In this document: piece after piece, positions 1-12,200 of the stretch
Numbering within the stretch: position 1 is the first letter of the stretch
Layout: the number at the start of each line of letters is the position of its first letter
Origin: a virus
Virus record (IMG/VR): IMGVR_UViG_3300044844_000928
Direction: 5' to 3' (one strand)
Length of the DNA stretch: 64,000 nucleotides
The notes under the pieces: generated by a model
Databases searched by the model: none
The model's input: the letters and a program-made list of their open reading frames with translations, nothing else
What the model was told of the DNA's origin: nothing
Translations under genes and position numbers: made by a program

Positions 1-2
1 TT

Positions 3-3000
3 CCTGAGGGGAAAGAAGGATCTACTTTTGTAATTACTTTCTCTAATAGTCCGGCTGGTAAAGAATACGCATCATCATATGTTTCTGTTAACTATTACGT
101 TGATATGAGCGCAAAATATGCTGATGAAAAACCTATTACTGTTGTTACAGGCGACCAAGTTGGCACTGCTACGGTGACTGAGTTAAAAGTTCCTAAACCA
201 ACTTCTACTTATACCATTGAACCATCTAGTTATGTTGTTAGTGAAGCAGAGATATTCACCTTTACGTTTAACGCGGTCAACTATGATTTGAAAGGCGACT
301 TTACTGGCACAGTTGTTGTAACAGATGGAACGGCTACCTTTGATTCTAAAACTGTAAATGGAACAGCAATTACATCTTTGGCATCGTTTACGTTTGCCGT
401 TGATTCAGCTGGTAAAGCAGTCATTAAATTGAAAGTAACAGATGATGGGGTATCTCAAGCTGCTAGAAAAATTACGCTAACGGTTACTCCGCATAATAAA
501 TCTAGCAGAGACATTACGAAATATCCTGAATTTTTATACGGTACATCTTTATCGTCTACGATTAAATTGTTGAATCCTGTAAAAACTGAATATTCTGTAA
601 CTGGTCCAATTTCAGTAGGGACAACTGATACCGTTAATGTGACATTCCAGTCCACTAATGCTGAAGCGGATATTCCTATTTCGTATAAAGTTTATAAGAA
701 AATCGGAAGCGCCGCTGAAGTTGATATCACATCATCGTTTTCTACAGCAAATCCGTTTAACACATCTAACGCAAGTTCAAGTCACGTATTAACGCGAAAT
801 GTTTCTTCTGATGATGTTTCTGGTCAAACTGTATACAAAGATAAAAATGGACAATATAGATACGTCTTTACTGACGCTTCTGGTAACTCTAAAGAACATA
901 TTGTTAGAATCATAGGTATATTTGACACGAAATATTACAAATTGTCAAATAACGCTTATTCTTCTAATGTTGCTCAAGGATCTAGAATAACCTTTGCGTT
1001 AGAAACTAATCATTATACAACAAATGCGTCATCTGACACAATCCCGTTTATTATTACGGCTAATGATGTTGATGTAACAACTTTAACCGGTTATACAGTT
1101 TCTCCTGCTATTACTTCGTTCACAGGAACAGCTTTGGTTGTATCTGTCACAGTTTCTAATAGCTTAGTATTAACTGCACCAAAAACTTTGAAATTAGAGT
1201 TAACTGGAACGAACAAAGGGAAAGGCACTAATTCTATTTGTTATATTCAAAATAATGCCGAAACTTCTACGTTAACAGCAGATAAATCTGCCAATGCTAG
1301 TATCGCTGATAGTGAAACAATTAACTTCACAGTAACATCAAGTTATGGTTCTGCTGCTGCTGGAACTAAAGTTACAGGAATCAAAGTTTCAAATTTAGCA
1401 TCTAATGAATATACCTTAAACGCTACTTCTGGTGTATTGAATAGTTCTGGTGTGTTTACATTTAGTTTGACTGCGGTTGCTTTAAGAACTGCTACATTAG
1501 ATAAAACCTTTAATGTCACTATGTTGTATAATGATAAAGATACGTTAACATCTAGCACATATAACTTATCTAAATCAGTTCAACCGACTTTATCTACTAA
1601 ATTTAGAAACAGTACTAACACAGCAGATTTGACTACGATTAATCCAACTAGCACAAGCGGTACGGCTTCTTCTGCTAAATTGTTAATCACTCAAACAGCG
1701 CTACCTACTACAGAAAATGTAACGATTACAATAACACCTAGTCCAATGCCAACTTCTGGGTATGTATTTAGTGGAAATACCAACACATTTTCTCAAACTA
1801 TGACCGTTGCGGCGTTAACTGCTGCATCTAATTTAGTTGATGTAGGGTTCACCCTTGCGGTTCCAAGTAATATTACATTAAAAGCAGAAGTAAAATCTGC
1901 TGTTCGTGGTGGGTTGTCTGGAACAAGTACACTGTATTTGAATAATTCTGCTCGTGCGTTTACAATAGCAAAAGATTCTGCTACGATAGCCGCCGGCGCA
2001 ACTAAAAATTACACTGTTACTATTGCAAATGAAAATACATCTAGAAACGTAACTTGGTCTATTGCCTTTGCTGATGCTAGTGATATTTCAACCTATTTTA
2101 GCACATACAGTGGTTCTGGTACGATTTCTGTTGGTGGTTCTTTAACTGCAGCAATAACAAGAAATTCTGTTGGGTATCCTACGAATAAAGCTATCGTGTT
2201 GACTGTTGTTGACGCAGGCGGCGTAGTTCCTACAGGGACAAATTCAGAAATGACGATGGTATCTGTTGCGACTCCATTACCTGTGATTAAATTTTACGAT
2301 GTATCAGGTTCTGAAATAACATCGTTTTTGACTTTACTAGATTCTGCTAACCCTTATATGGTTAAAGCTGATATTTATTCTGGAGATTTTACTTCTGAAG
2401 ATTTGGTATCGTATACAATTCAAACTGGAACGAAATCTTTAGATTTATTCACATCAACTACAGGAAGCGCGGTTTACTCTATACCTGTTACTGATAATAA
2501 AGTAGATTCTAACAAAATAGCATCAACTACATTCTGGATTAAAAAGAACACTAGCACGGTACAAGCCGGTAATGCTATTTCGCTAACTCTGAGTTCTGCT
2601 AAGGTTTCTGGTGTAATTAAACAATTGACAACGAAACAAACCTTAACAGTAAAAACTAAATCTATCGTTTCTGATGCTTTATCTATTTACAGAAATGGAT
2701 ATGCTGGTGAGTCTGCATTTAGTATTACCATAGGCGGTGATTATGATATTTTCGTTAATAAAACTGCTGTTATCAATACATCTACAGATAAGGTTTATTT
2801 TGTTATTAATCCGTTAGCGGGCAATACAACAGCATTAACAGCTTCTAATTTTACAATTACACCAAATGGTGGTTCAGCTGCTACGGTTATTTCTTCTCAT
2901 ACAACAACAAACGCGGCACTAAACGCTGTGATTCCTACAACTGGATTGTTATATGATGTAACGACTTATGCAAATGACCTTGTAAAATTCAAAGTTAACA

Positions 3001-5216
3001 CTGGTTCAATTACAGCAAATGATAAAGTCAGTTTGACATGCTATATTATCAGAGCAAATGATTTAGGCTATTTGGCTTCATCTTTAGTGACTTCTACTAT
3101 TGCTGCAGCTCCAGTTAAAGCTTATAAACCATCGTTGCCAATGACAATTTATAACGGCGGTTCTGTTACCATGGAATATTCGCCAGAAAATTTTGCCGGC
3201 GGTGATACACATACATTGACGCTACCGTTACACGGTTTAACATTAGCTTCAGATATAAATGTTTGGGTTAACGGAACAGCGGTAACTGCGATAAATGGTA
3301 GCGGTGTTATAACTCCTAGTGTAACATTGACAGGAAACAACAAAGTCACTGTTAAGGTAACTTCTAAATCTGATACAGTTGGTCAGATTGAATCTAAAAT
3401 CGTTAACGTTGCTGATTCTACAATCAAATCTTCGACATATATTGATACCAACAAAGGTATCATTATATCGGCAGATAAAGATGTTAATGAAGCCCAACAA
3501 TGGGAAGTTAGCGTCACTCCAAGGCTTACTGATACAACATATCAAGTTGGTGTGTTTGATTATTCTTCAGGATCTTATGTTGGTATCCAAGGTTCTGCTG
3601 GTGTTCATATTTCATACACAGACCTTAATGGCACAACAATTGTTGAAGATTTAACTTCTAGATTGATTACGTTTAACAGTAGCAATCTGGCGATGCCTGG
3701 AAACGTCGCGAAATTTAAATATTATATTCCTGTTGGATTTAACTCTTCTGCCACAGTACCTAAGCAGTGTAGAATTAAATTTGTTGGTTCTGATGGTTCT
3801 GTTGCGTTTTTCCCAATAAACGTTTCTCAAAATGCGGGATTAAAGAAAACCTTTGTAATCACTAACGATTCATCTTCTGCGAATAATGCTAAAAAAGAAG
3901 GAGAAATTGTAACATTTACGATTACGCCTAAAAACGCATCTGTTACTGATTTGTATAACTTTACGTTAGCAACTAAAAATGGTAGAAAATTTAGCTTAAT
4001 TGAAGAAAGTGGCGACGGTGTTACTACTACAATATCTCCTGTTGCAACAACTACAGTTTACGCTAGAAATTTATTGACTGAAAATAAAGTTAAATTCAAA
4101 TTAGACGATAATTTAATTGTTGACCAAAGCACAGAAATATTGTTAACAGTTTACCCTAAAGATACGGCGTATACGACGAACGGTTCTGTTGTCACATCAT
4201 CAGCATTTGTTGTTAATTCATCAACACCGAACCAGACTATCAACTTTTTTGATATGAATGGAACCCCGATAACGCAAGTTAAAAATAATGAATATTTTGT
4301 TGTAGAAGGCTATAATAACGTGTTACCAAGCGCATTAAATTTTTCTGCAGATTTGGTTGAATATATTGAACCTTTGGTTAGTGATATTACAAATGTTTCA
4401 AAGGCAGTTTCTGGAATTATAACTTATGACTCTAATTCAACATCTCATTATAAATTCAAATTTAGAGCATTGCCTAATAAATTGAATTTAGATATGATTG
4501 CTCAGGCTATGTTTTTCTTAAATAGACCGGCTGCAGCAACAACTTCATTAAATGCGTTTTTAAATATTTTAGAAGAAAAATCTGATGGGACGATTAATGT
4601 TACAACTAAAGATAACCTATTATATGCGACAAGTAAATTAATAACATTTAATGTTGATACCACAGGATTTAATAGCAAAACTCCATTAAATTGGACACTA
4701 ACACCACCAACAGGAGTAACCGTAAAAAATGTGACATTTGTTGATTTGAATAGTCCAATTGTTAACGGTTCTAGAAAAAAATGGATTGAAGGGACTGACA
4801 CTTCTGATGGATTGACTGTTTATGGTACAGGAACTTGGAATAATGTAGATAACGCCGGTAAAGTAATTCCAAATTCAACATTCATAATAAAATATGACAT
4901 AAATCTTAGAACATATGTCAGTAATTTTCAGGAAGCTAAAGATTATATTGATAAGTTGAATAATCAACAACTTGACAGTTCTTATTGGTATAACGATTGG
5001 ATTATACCAGGAAAAAATATAATGCAAGCATTTAGCGGGTTCACAAAATTAGATAAAAACAAATTTCCTATTATTTTAGAGAATATTCCATTCTTTTGGT
5101 ATTTTGATGATGCTGGAATTTATTATGAATATAAACAAGGCGGTCAACCTAGCCCAAGTTATATGGGTTCTGGTCCAACAGTATCTGTAATACCTATACG
5201 AAAAGTGTACATTTAA
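3..5216 (+). CDS. Very large Ser/Thr-rich virion structural protein with Ig-like beta repeats (5'-partial)
   Basis: The frame is open from base 3 through the ATG at 105, so the gene starts upstream of the window. Composition is T/S/V-rich; it lies in the structural module. Confidence 0.65.
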   Translation, partial: PEGKEGSTFVITFSNSPAGKEYASSYVSVNYYVDMSAKYADEKPITVVTGDQVGTATVTELKVPKPTSTYTIEPSSYVVSEAEIFTFTFNAVNYDLKGDFTGTVVVTDGTATFDSKTVNGTAITSLASFTFAVDSAGKAVIKLKVTDDGVSQAARKITLTVTPHNKSSRDITKYPEFLYGTSLSSTIKLLNPVKTEYSVTGPISVGTTDTVNVTFQSTNAEADIPISYKVYKKIGSAAEVDITSSFSTANPFNTSNASSSHVLTRNVSSDDVSGQTVYKDKNGQYRYVFTDASGNSKEHIVRIIGIFDTKYYKLSNNAYSSNVAQGSRITFALETNHYTTNASSDTIPFIITANDVDVTTLTGYTVSPAITSFTGTALVVSVTVSNSLVLTAPKTLKLELTGTNKGKGTNSICYIQNNAETSTLTADKSANASIADSETINFTVTSSYGSAAAGTKVTGIKVSNLASNEYTLNATSGVLNSSGVFTFSLTAVALRTATLDKTFNVTMLYNDKDTLTSSTYNLSKSVQPTLSTKFRNSTNTADLTTINPTSTSGTASSAKLLITQTALPTTENVTITITPSPMPTSGYVFSGNTNTFSQTMTVAALTAASNLVDVGFTLAVPSNITLKAEVKSAVRGGLSGTSTLYLNNSARAFTIAKDSATIAAGATKNYTVTIANENTSRNVTWSIAFADASDISTYFSTYSGSGTISVGGSLTAAITRNSVGYPTNKAIVLTVVDAGGVVPTGTNSEMTMVSVATPLPVIKFYDVSGSEITSFLTLLDSANPYMVKADIYSGDFTSEDLVSYTIQTGTKSLDLFTSTTGSAVYSIPVTDNKVDSNKIASTTFWIKKNTSTVQAGNAISLTLSSAKVSGVIKQLTTKQTLTVKTKSIVSDALSIYRNGYAGESAFSITIGGDYDIFVNKTAVINTSTDKVYFVINPLAGNTTALTASNFTITPNGGSAATVISSHTTTNAALNAVIPTTGLLYDVTTYANDLVKFKVNTGSITANDKVSLTCYIIRANDLGYLASSLVTSTIAAAPVKAYKPSLPMTIYNGGSVTMEYSPENFAGGDTHTLTLPLHGLTLASDINVWVNGTAVTAINGSGVITPSVTLTGNNKVTVKVTSKSDTVGQIESKIVNVADSTIKSSTYIDTNKGIIISADKDVNEAQQWEVSVTPRLTDTTYQVGVFDYSSGSYVGIQGSAGVHISYTDLNGTTIVEDLTSRLITFNSSNLAMPGNVAKFKYYIPVGFNSSATVPKQCRIKFVGSDGSVAFFPINVSQNAGLKKTFVITNDSSSANNAKKEGEIVTFTITPKNASVTDLYNFTLATKNGRKFSLIEESGDGVTTTISPVATTTVYARNLLTENKVKFKLDDNLIVDQSTEILLTVYPKDTAYTTNGSVVTSSAFVVNSSTPNQTINFFDMNGTPITQVKNNEYFVVEGYNNVLPSALNFSADLVEYIEPLVSDITNVSKAVSGIITYDSNSTSHYKFKFRALPNKLNLDMIAQAMFFLNRPAAATTSLNAFLNILEEKSDGTINVTTKDNLLYATSKLITFNVDTTGFNSKTPLNWTLTPPTGVTVKNVTFVDLNSPIVNGSRKKWIEGTDTSDGLTVYGTGTWNNVDNAGKVIPNSTFIIKYDINLRTYVSNFQEAKDYIDKLNNQQLDSSYWYNDWIIPGKNIMQAFSGFTKLDKNKFPIILENIPFFWYFDDAGIYYEYKQGGQPSPSYMGSGPTVSVIPIRKVYI

Positions 5217-5231
5217 CTAACACATTGAATT

Positions 5232-5263
5232 AATTTGGTGGAGTATATTAGCTCCACCAAATT
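5232..5263 (+). terminator. Hairpin, probable terminator
   Basis: AATTTGGTGGAG-tatattag-CTCCACCAAATT inverted repeat between genes. Confidence 0.6.
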
Positions 5264-5287
5264 CCAAATTAAACATAAAGGAATACT

Positions 5288-7147
5288 ATGTCAAAATTTA
5301 AAGGTACATTGCCTGTTGGTCAAGTTACGGGAACAGATTTAGCTGGTTCCATAAGATGCGCAGTCGATTTTAAATCCACATCCTCAACTACTGATGGAAA
5401 TTTTGTATTTTCTATGAATTCTACAAACACAGAAATACCTGTGAATGTCAATTACCCGAACTTCAAAACTTCAGCTGCGTATATCAACAAATTAATTACT
5501 GTTTCTATAGAAAGTATAAATAACAGCCACGGAGCTTTTAGGGTGAGTGGGGTAGGATGGGGTCATATTTATAAAGTAACCGTATCTGATATTATAAATG
5601 AACCGTTGGAATTTACATATTCATATTCAAACGCCGGCGCAAATACTACTTCTACGTTATATGCTGCAAATAATCCTAACGTTGAAAAAGGAGCAAAAAA
5701 TGTAGCGGAATGGACACTTATTGCGGAAGTGTCTCCAGACACTTCAAAAACTTTTTCATGGACTATTGGAGCATCTAAAACGTTTTACATTTTCCCAGTA
5801 TCAGTGAAAGGACAAAATGCGGCTAACGTTGCATATGATACAGTTAAACATACAGGTTCAGCATTTACTAGTTCTTCATCTTCTATATTTACATCAGCGG
5901 CGGAAGAAAAAACTACAGTATCCGATCCAGTTGCACAATCATTTTATGTAAACCCAAAAGAATACCCTAACGGCTTATTCCTTTCTAAAGCAGATGTCTA
6001 TTTTTCGCAAAAACCTGAAACTGGTTCAAACTCTACTGCTTGGATTTACATAACAAAAACAGTTAACGGGTATCCTTCTTCTGATTCGTATATCACAAAC
6101 TCAAGAGTTGAAAAGCCATACGCTTCTGTTAATTTACCAACAGGAACTAGCATAGCTCCTATCCCTGCAGCAACAACGTTTACATTTAGCGATCCTATTC
6201 ATCTTGAAGCTGGAGAATATGCTATCGTTGTTGGTTCGGACAACGCAAAATACCGCGTTTTCGTTTCAGAATTGGGTTCTACAGATTTGGCTACAGGTAA
6301 GCTAATTTCAACAAATCCAGACGGTAATGTCGGGTCATTCTTTATGTCGCAAAACGCCAGAACATGGACTGCTGACCAAACTAAAGATATGATGTTCAAT
6401 ATCCATAAGTGTGTATTTAATACTTCTTCTCTTGATGTTGAAATACCTCTAATCAAAGATTCAGATTCTATTATATCTGATATGATTAGCATCACTTCGC
6501 CTGATAAAGAAATTGCCGGTACATCGTTGAAATATTATTCTAAATTGAGTGGCGATTACATCCCAGTTAACAATAATACAAATACGAAACTAGCAACCAG
6601 AACGACTTTATCTTCTGCAACAACGCCTTATGTTAAGTTTAACCTATCGTCAACCAGTACTAATCTTTCTCCTGTTATTCAGAAAGATAAGATTAATATG
6701 AAGTTTTTTCAGAATGCTATTAATACCAAACTGGATTTATTGGTTGATGAAACCGACCCATATCGTGGCGGCGCGGCGGCTAAATATGTGACAAAAAAAG
6801 TTGTATTGGCAGATGGGTTTGATGCTACTGGTATTCGTGTGATACTTGATGTTAATAGACAACACGGGACTTCTATAGAAGTGTTTGTTAAGGCGGTTGC
6901 CAGTGATGATTTCGCTACGTTTGAAGACCATTCGTATATACAAATTCCATTAAAAGGTGATGTGCAGTATTCATCAACCGATAATGATTTTGTTATTGAT
7001 GAGTACAAACTTGATGATTTTTATTATCAACTTGGAAAGGTAAATCACAGCTCGTTCAAAACCTTTATTGTCAAAGTGGTGATGTATTCGGATAACCCTG
7101 TTAATTTCCCTAGAGTTAAAAATTTGAGAGCTATAGCAACGTCATGA
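5288..7147 (+). CDS. VrlC/DUF4815-like virion structural protein, C-terminal region
   Basis: DPVAQSFYV..GLFLSKADVYF, FFMSQNARTWT.DQ..D.MF and FPRVKNLRAIA motifs are typical of T4-like cyanophage-type VrlC-like proteins. Confidence 0.7.
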   Translation: MSKFKGTLPVGQVTGTDLAGSIRCAVDFKSTSSTTDGNFVFSMNSTNTEIPVNVNYPNFKTSAAYINKLITVSIESINNSHGAFRVSGVGWGHIYKVTVSDIINEPLEFTYSYSNAGANTTSTLYAANNPNVEKGAKNVAEWTLIAEVSPDTSKTFSWTIGASKTFYIFPVSVKGQNAANVAYDTVKHTGSAFTSSSSSIFTSAAEEKTTVSDPVAQSFYVNPKEYPNGLFLSKADVYFSQKPETGSNSTAWIYITKTVNGYPSSDSYITNSRVEKPYASVNLPTGTSIAPIPAATTFTFSDPIHLEAGEYAIVVGSDNAKYRVFVSELGSTDLATGKLISTNPDGNVGSFFMSQNARTWTADQTKDMMFNIHKCVFNTSSLDVEIPLIKDSDSIISDMISITSPDKEIAGTSLKYYSKLSGDYIPVNNNTNTKLATRTTLSSATTPYVKFNLSSTSTNLSPVIQKDKINMKFFQNAINTKLDLLVDETDPYRGGAAAKYVTKKVVLADGFDATGIRVILDVNRQHGTSIEVFVKAVASDDFATFEDHSYIQIPLKGDVQYSSTDNDFVIDEYKLDDFYYQLGKVNHSSFKTFIVKVVMYSDNPVNFPRVKNLRAIATS

Positions 7148-7347
7148 TAAGTGTAAAAGATAATCCTAGTTTAAAACGTGATGAACGGTCAAATTCTATA
7201 TTGAATGTAGACATTAATGAAATGCGTAAATTTAAGGAAATGCGTGAGGAAAATAATAAAACACATTCTTTATCTTCTGAAGTGGTTAGCCTTAAATCAG
7301 AACTATCAGAATTAAAGAATTTACTTAGACAAGTCTTATCAAAATAG
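7144..7347 (+). CDS. Small conserved coiled-coil protein of T4-like phages
   Basis: VKDNPSLKRD...ILN N-terminus and a coiled-coil tail; follows the VrlC-like gene. Confidence 0.6.
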   Translation: MISVKDNPSLKRDERSNSILNVDINEMRKFKEMREENNKTHSLSSEVVSLKSELSELKNLLRQVLSK

Positions 7348-7354
7348 TATTCAT

Positions 7355-7385
7355 AAGCCGGTATGACTTAACAGTTTACCGGCTT
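7355..7385. terminator. Probable bidirectional intrinsic terminator
   Basis: AAGCCGGTA...TACCGGCTT followed by TATTTTT. Confidence 0.7.
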
Positions 7386-7395
7386 TATTTTTAAG

Positions 7396-7455
7396 CGCTT
7401 AACCTCAATTCACGCCCGACTAGGCTATTATACGTGTTTAGCAACATAAAGTAAA
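7396..7455 (-). repeat. Class A element, copy 1: TTTACT-17-TATAAT plus invariant 31-mer
   Basis: Reverse complement of TATAAT-AGCCTAGTCGGGCGTGAATTGAGGTTAAGCG at 7396-7432; -35 box at 7450-7455. Confidence 0.9.
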
Positions 7456-7469
7456 GTTGTATTTCAACA

Positions 7470-7476
7470 CTAAATA
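7470..7476 (+). promoter_or_regulatory. T4-type late promoter (CTAAATA variant)
   Basis: The same motif precedes late genes at 13063, 23260, 25520, 31491, 47929 and 48495, and occurs on the minus strand at 35136, 50085, 52184 and 61877. Confidence 0.7.
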
Positions 7477-7534
7477 TATTATAAATTGTTGAAAAATAAT
7501 AACGGTAACACCTCCAACTTTAAAGGAATTAATA

Positions 7535-9271
7535 ATGTCAACGCTTACCCTCAGAACGGCGAAAGGGTCTCCACTAACAAACGCAGAGGTGGATGCCAAT
7601 TTTACCAATTTACTTGTTGCTTTAGGTGGAACAAACGCAACACCTTATACTTTGCCGACTCCAACCGGTACTGGTTCTCCTGTATTAAATAACAACCCAA
7701 CTTTTTCTGGTAATGTTTTGATTGGTTCTGGTGCAACAACCACTAGATTCCCTAATACAATTTCAATTGTCAGTAACATTACAACAAATCAACATAATGA
7801 ACCTCACAGAATTGGTTTGCTTGCTGAGGGTGTTGGTTCGACTACAACATCAACTGCTACTGGTTCTAATGGTGCTAATACAATTTCTCTTAGCGCGGTA
7901 AATGCAGGCGTTATAGCAGGGCAAGGTGTTAGTGGTACTGGTATCGCAACAAATGCAACTGTTACTGGTATCAGCGGAACGACAATAACATTATCAGCTA
8001 ATAATACCGGTGCTGTTTCTGGGACGGTTACATTTGCCAATTATGGTATTGGTCTTTATGGTTCTGGTTATACAAACGGCGGCGCAAGATCTGGCGGTGT
8101 AGTTGGCGAAGGTCACGTTTCTGCTAGTTTAGATGCTGGTGCTGCTATCGGTGTTCGCGGTTACGCTAACGATGCTCACTCAGGCGGCATGAATATTGGT
8201 CTGTATGGTGATGCAACTGGTGGTGCATCAAACTACTCATTGTATTTGAATAGGGGTGACATTTATTCTGCAGGTGTTCAAAATTGGACTCTGAATGGTA
8301 ACTTGACTTTAACGGGTGCTTATACGGTAACGATTCCAACTTTAAGTTTGGGAAATGCTTTACCTATTGCAAGTGGTGGTACAGGGTCAACAAGTGCCTC
8401 AGCTGCTTTAACTGCATTAGGTGCGTATGCTGCAACTAATCCATCAGGTTACACGACAAATGTCGGCACTGTTACTTCAGTTGCTATAAGTGTTCCAAGT
8501 TTTTTAAGCGCTGGGTCTGCTATTACAACAAGCGGTACTATTGCAATATCGTTATCTGGAACAGCATTACCAGTTGCTAATGGCGGTACAGGGTCAACAA
8601 GTGCCTCAGCAGCATTGACTGCATTGGGTGCTTACGCTTCAACAAATCCATCTGGATATACATCAAACACTGGCACAGTAACTAGCGTTGGTGGTACATC
8701 TCCAATCAGTTCTAGTGGTGGAACAGCTCCTACTATTAGTATATCTCAATCGTCATCGTCTGCAAATGGTTATTTGAGTTCAACTGATTGGAATGCCTTT
8801 AGCGGTAAACAAGCTCCTATTGGAACAATATCTGGATTAGCAAAAGGAAATGGTGCTAATGCCTTAACAGCTGCAACTGCCGGCACAGATTATGTTGCTC
8901 CAGGAACTGCTACAACTTTTACAAAACCACAAACTCCTTCTACTTCAGCAGAAACTGCACCATCTACTAATGCTATTACATGGGATTTGACTACTAATCA
9001 GATTTTCAGAATCAATCTGAATGCTAATATTACTACATTCAATTTGACTGGAACATTAAGTAGTTTGGTTGGTAATCAATATGAAGCAATTGTACGGTAT
9101 AACGGTGGGAGTACAATATCATGGAATGCTAATATGAAATGGACAGCAGCTACTGCTCCTACATTAACAGGAACAAGTGGCAAGATTGATGTATTTACTT
9201 TTGTCGTAGCAAGTACAGACGGAACCAATTATTATTTGGTTAATACTGGCATTAAATTGAACGTGGGTTAA
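7535..9271 (+). CDS. Tail fibre protein
   Basis: LTLRTAKGSPLTNAEVDANF N-terminus, G/T/S-rich, internal LP.A.GGTGST repeats. Confidence 0.7.
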   Translation: MSTLTLRTAKGSPLTNAEVDANFTNLLVALGGTNATPYTLPTPTGTGSPVLNNNPTFSGNVLIGSGATTTRFPNTISIVSNITTNQHNEPHRIGLLAEGVGSTTTSTATGSNGANTISLSAVNAGVIAGQGVSGTGIATNATVTGISGTTITLSANNTGAVSGTVTFANYGIGLYGSGYTNGGARSGGVVGEGHVSASLDAGAAIGVRGYANDAHSGGMNIGLYGDATGGASNYSLYLNRGDIYSAGVQNWTLNGNLTLTGAYTVTIPTLSLGNALPIASGGTGSTSASAALTALGAYAATNPSGYTTNVGTVTSVAISVPSFLSAGSAITTSGTIAISLSGTALPVANGGTGSTSASAALTALGAYASTNPSGYTSNTGTVTSVGGTSPISSSGGTAPTISISQSSSSANGYLSSTDWNAFSGKQAPIGTISGLAKGNGANALTAATAGTDYVAPGTATTFTKPQTPSTSAETAPSTNAITWDLTTNQIFRINLNANITTFNLTGTLSSLVGNQYEAIVRYNGGSTISWNANMKWTAATAPTLTGTSGKIDVFTFVVASTDGTNYYLVNTGIKLNVG

Positions 9272-9274
9272 ATT

Positions 9275-12200
9275 ATGTTTACATTAGCAGCAAATAGATC
9301 GGATGAGGAAGGACAACTATACTCAGATGATGTCTTTAGTACATATTTGTACACTGGCAACGGTTCGACACAGACAATCAATAATGGGATTTCATTAGCA
9401 AGTACAACAGGTTTCAGTTCACAAGTCGTATCAACTACAGGTTCTGCTAACATTTCATGTTCTGCAATATATGGATCAGATACCTATCTTGGTGGATATG
9501 TAACAGAAAGCACATACGGTCGTCCTTTTATTGTTAAAGTATCAGGAGGATCTGTAGTCTGGAGTAAAACTATACGAGAAGTAGATTTTGGTCCACATGA
9601 CTTTGTTGGAACAACTTCTATTAAAGTAGACTCTACAGGTGTGTATGTTTGTGGTGGAACTGTATCATCTTCTACGTGGTATACATTTGTATGTAAATTT
9701 GATCTTTCCGGCACCTTGCTGTGGCAAACGTATATAAAAACTAACAATGCAAATTATCCTGCTATACGTTCAAAACTAACAATTGATGAATCTAATCAAG
9801 TATATGTCGCATCAACTGCCGGCGATGCAGAGGGGAGCGGGTATGTTCAAATTACAAAATTAACATCTAGTGGTGTGCAGTCTTGGAGTAAAAAATTAGA
9901 TAGATATACTACTATGGATGTTAATATTGCTTATGATTCATTAACAAGTTCAATAATAGTCAGTACTACATCTTCAGATGGAGTAACTAATGCTACCATT
10001 ATAATAAAAATAGCAAGTTCTGACGGTACATTAGCATGGTCAAAATTGATTTATTATACATTGCAGAATTTTGATCCAGGAACTACTAGAGTTAAAAATA
10101 TTTTGATTGATTCCAGTTCTAATATTATTCTTCAAATATTAGCAACTAGTATGAATTCCAACAATTCACAAGCTAGTCATATAATTAAATTAAATTCAAG
10201 TGGTGCTACAGTTTTTGGTAGAGCTGGTTATAATTCTTTACGGTCAGCATCATATAAGTATTATACCTCATGTTTAGACTCATCTGATAATATATACGTT
10301 TCATCGTATAATTATACTGAAAATGGACTAAATTACATATTTAAGTTGAATTCAAGCGGTACTCTAATATGGTCAAGAACACTGGATCATACTGGTAGAG
10401 ATGCAGTCATAGGTATGGTAATAAGTGGTAATAATCTCATAATAACCTGCTATGATGAAGTAAAAAACACTACAGAAATTATTACATTAGATAAAGATAA
10501 TCCACGAGATTCTGCAACTACATCTGTAGGAACTATTGGACTAACTACTGGCAACTGGGTCGATTCAACTGCATATGGTGCTATAGCTAATTATGTTACT
10601 GATGGGTCAACTACTTATGGTGCTGCAAGTGCAATAGTTGTCGGAACTGCAAATCTTACTATTAATAATCCAGTAGGTACTCTGTCATCAACGGCAGCAA
10701 CAAATTATTCGGCTATTAACAGTTCTGGTGGAATGGTTTGGTTGAAAGGTAGGTCTGTAGGGTCAAATAATACTATATTTGACACTGCTAGAGGTACGAT
10801 GAAATATTTGCTTACCAATTCAGTAACATCTTCTCAAAATAATGCGCCTTACGGTATAGATTCATTTAATTCTAATGGATTTGGATGGACAAATGACCCG
10901 ACAAATGACTACAACATGTCGGGTGCTACCTACGTTTCATGGACATTCCGCAAAGCACCAAAGTTTTTTGATGTTGTCACTTGGACAGGGAATGGAACAG
11001 ATGATGGAAGTAAGCTAATACAACATTCTTTGGGTTCTGTGCCGGGAATGATTGTTGCAAAGAAAACTACTTCAACCGGAGATTGGTGTGTAAAGCATAG
11101 ATCAAATGGAACAAATAATGGAATTTTATTAAACAGCACCGCCGCAGAAGCTGGCTATGGTTTTGCAAACAACATAAACGGTCTAGGAGCTGCGACGTCT
11201 ACTCAGTTTCCTGTTCGGGCTAATCTTAACGATGCCGGAGCAAACTACGTTGCTTATCTATTCGCCCACGACACGTCATCAACTGGGATTATTCAGTGTG
11301 GGAGTTATACTGGAAGTGCATCAACAGTTTCTATAAATTTAGGATGGGAACCGCAATATGTGCTAATTAAACCGTCTACCACTGCATCTGGTTGGGTCAT
11401 AGTAGATTCAATGCGAGGAACACCAGTTGGCGGTCAAAATGCTAGATTATATGCAGACGCATCGTATAGTGAAGGCACAGGTATTAATGGTCCAGTATCA
11501 CCTACTGCAACAGGTTTTACAGTGCCTAGTACCGATATAGGATGGAATAATAACGGGCAAACCTACATCTACATGGCAATCCGTCGCCCAAACAAGCCGC
11601 CTACAACGGGGACGCAGGTTTATAATGCAATTACAAGAACTGGGACTGGTGCTGCGGCTACGGTTACTGGGGTTGGATTTGCGCCAGATTTAGTGCAAAT
11701 TAGTCAAAGACCATTAGGTGCTGGTAAAAATTGGGTTTGGGTCACTAGACTTTGTGGTAATGCCGTAATGCTATCATCTGATAATTCAGGTGCCGAATTT
11801 ACAAATAGTGTTGTTATACAGTCAGATTCACTATCAACAACTATGGATGGGTTTAGGATACAAACTGCAAACCCTGTTAACTCTGCGAGTTACACATACA
11901 TTAATTACAGTCTAAAACGCGCACCCGGATTCTTTGATGAGGTTTGTTATACGGGTAATGGGGTTTTAGGACAAACATACAATCACAATTTAACAGTTTC
12001 TCCAGAACTAATAATAATTAAAGCAAGAAATTCAGCACGTAACTGGGCTGTATATCCAAATACGCTTTCTAGCGGGTTATATCTTAATCTTACAGGAAGT
12101 TTTAGCGATTATGGTTCAAGATTTACTTCTATTTCTTCTACTACGTTTGGTGTACAAAATGATGAATCTACTAATTTTAGTGGATATACTTACGTCGCTT

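Noticed and set aside
8360-8670. Direct repeat in the tail fibre gene as a possible DGR template/variable pair
   Set aside because: Both copies are in-frame coding sequence, the differences are mostly synonymous and not adenine-specific, and no reverse transcriptase is present.
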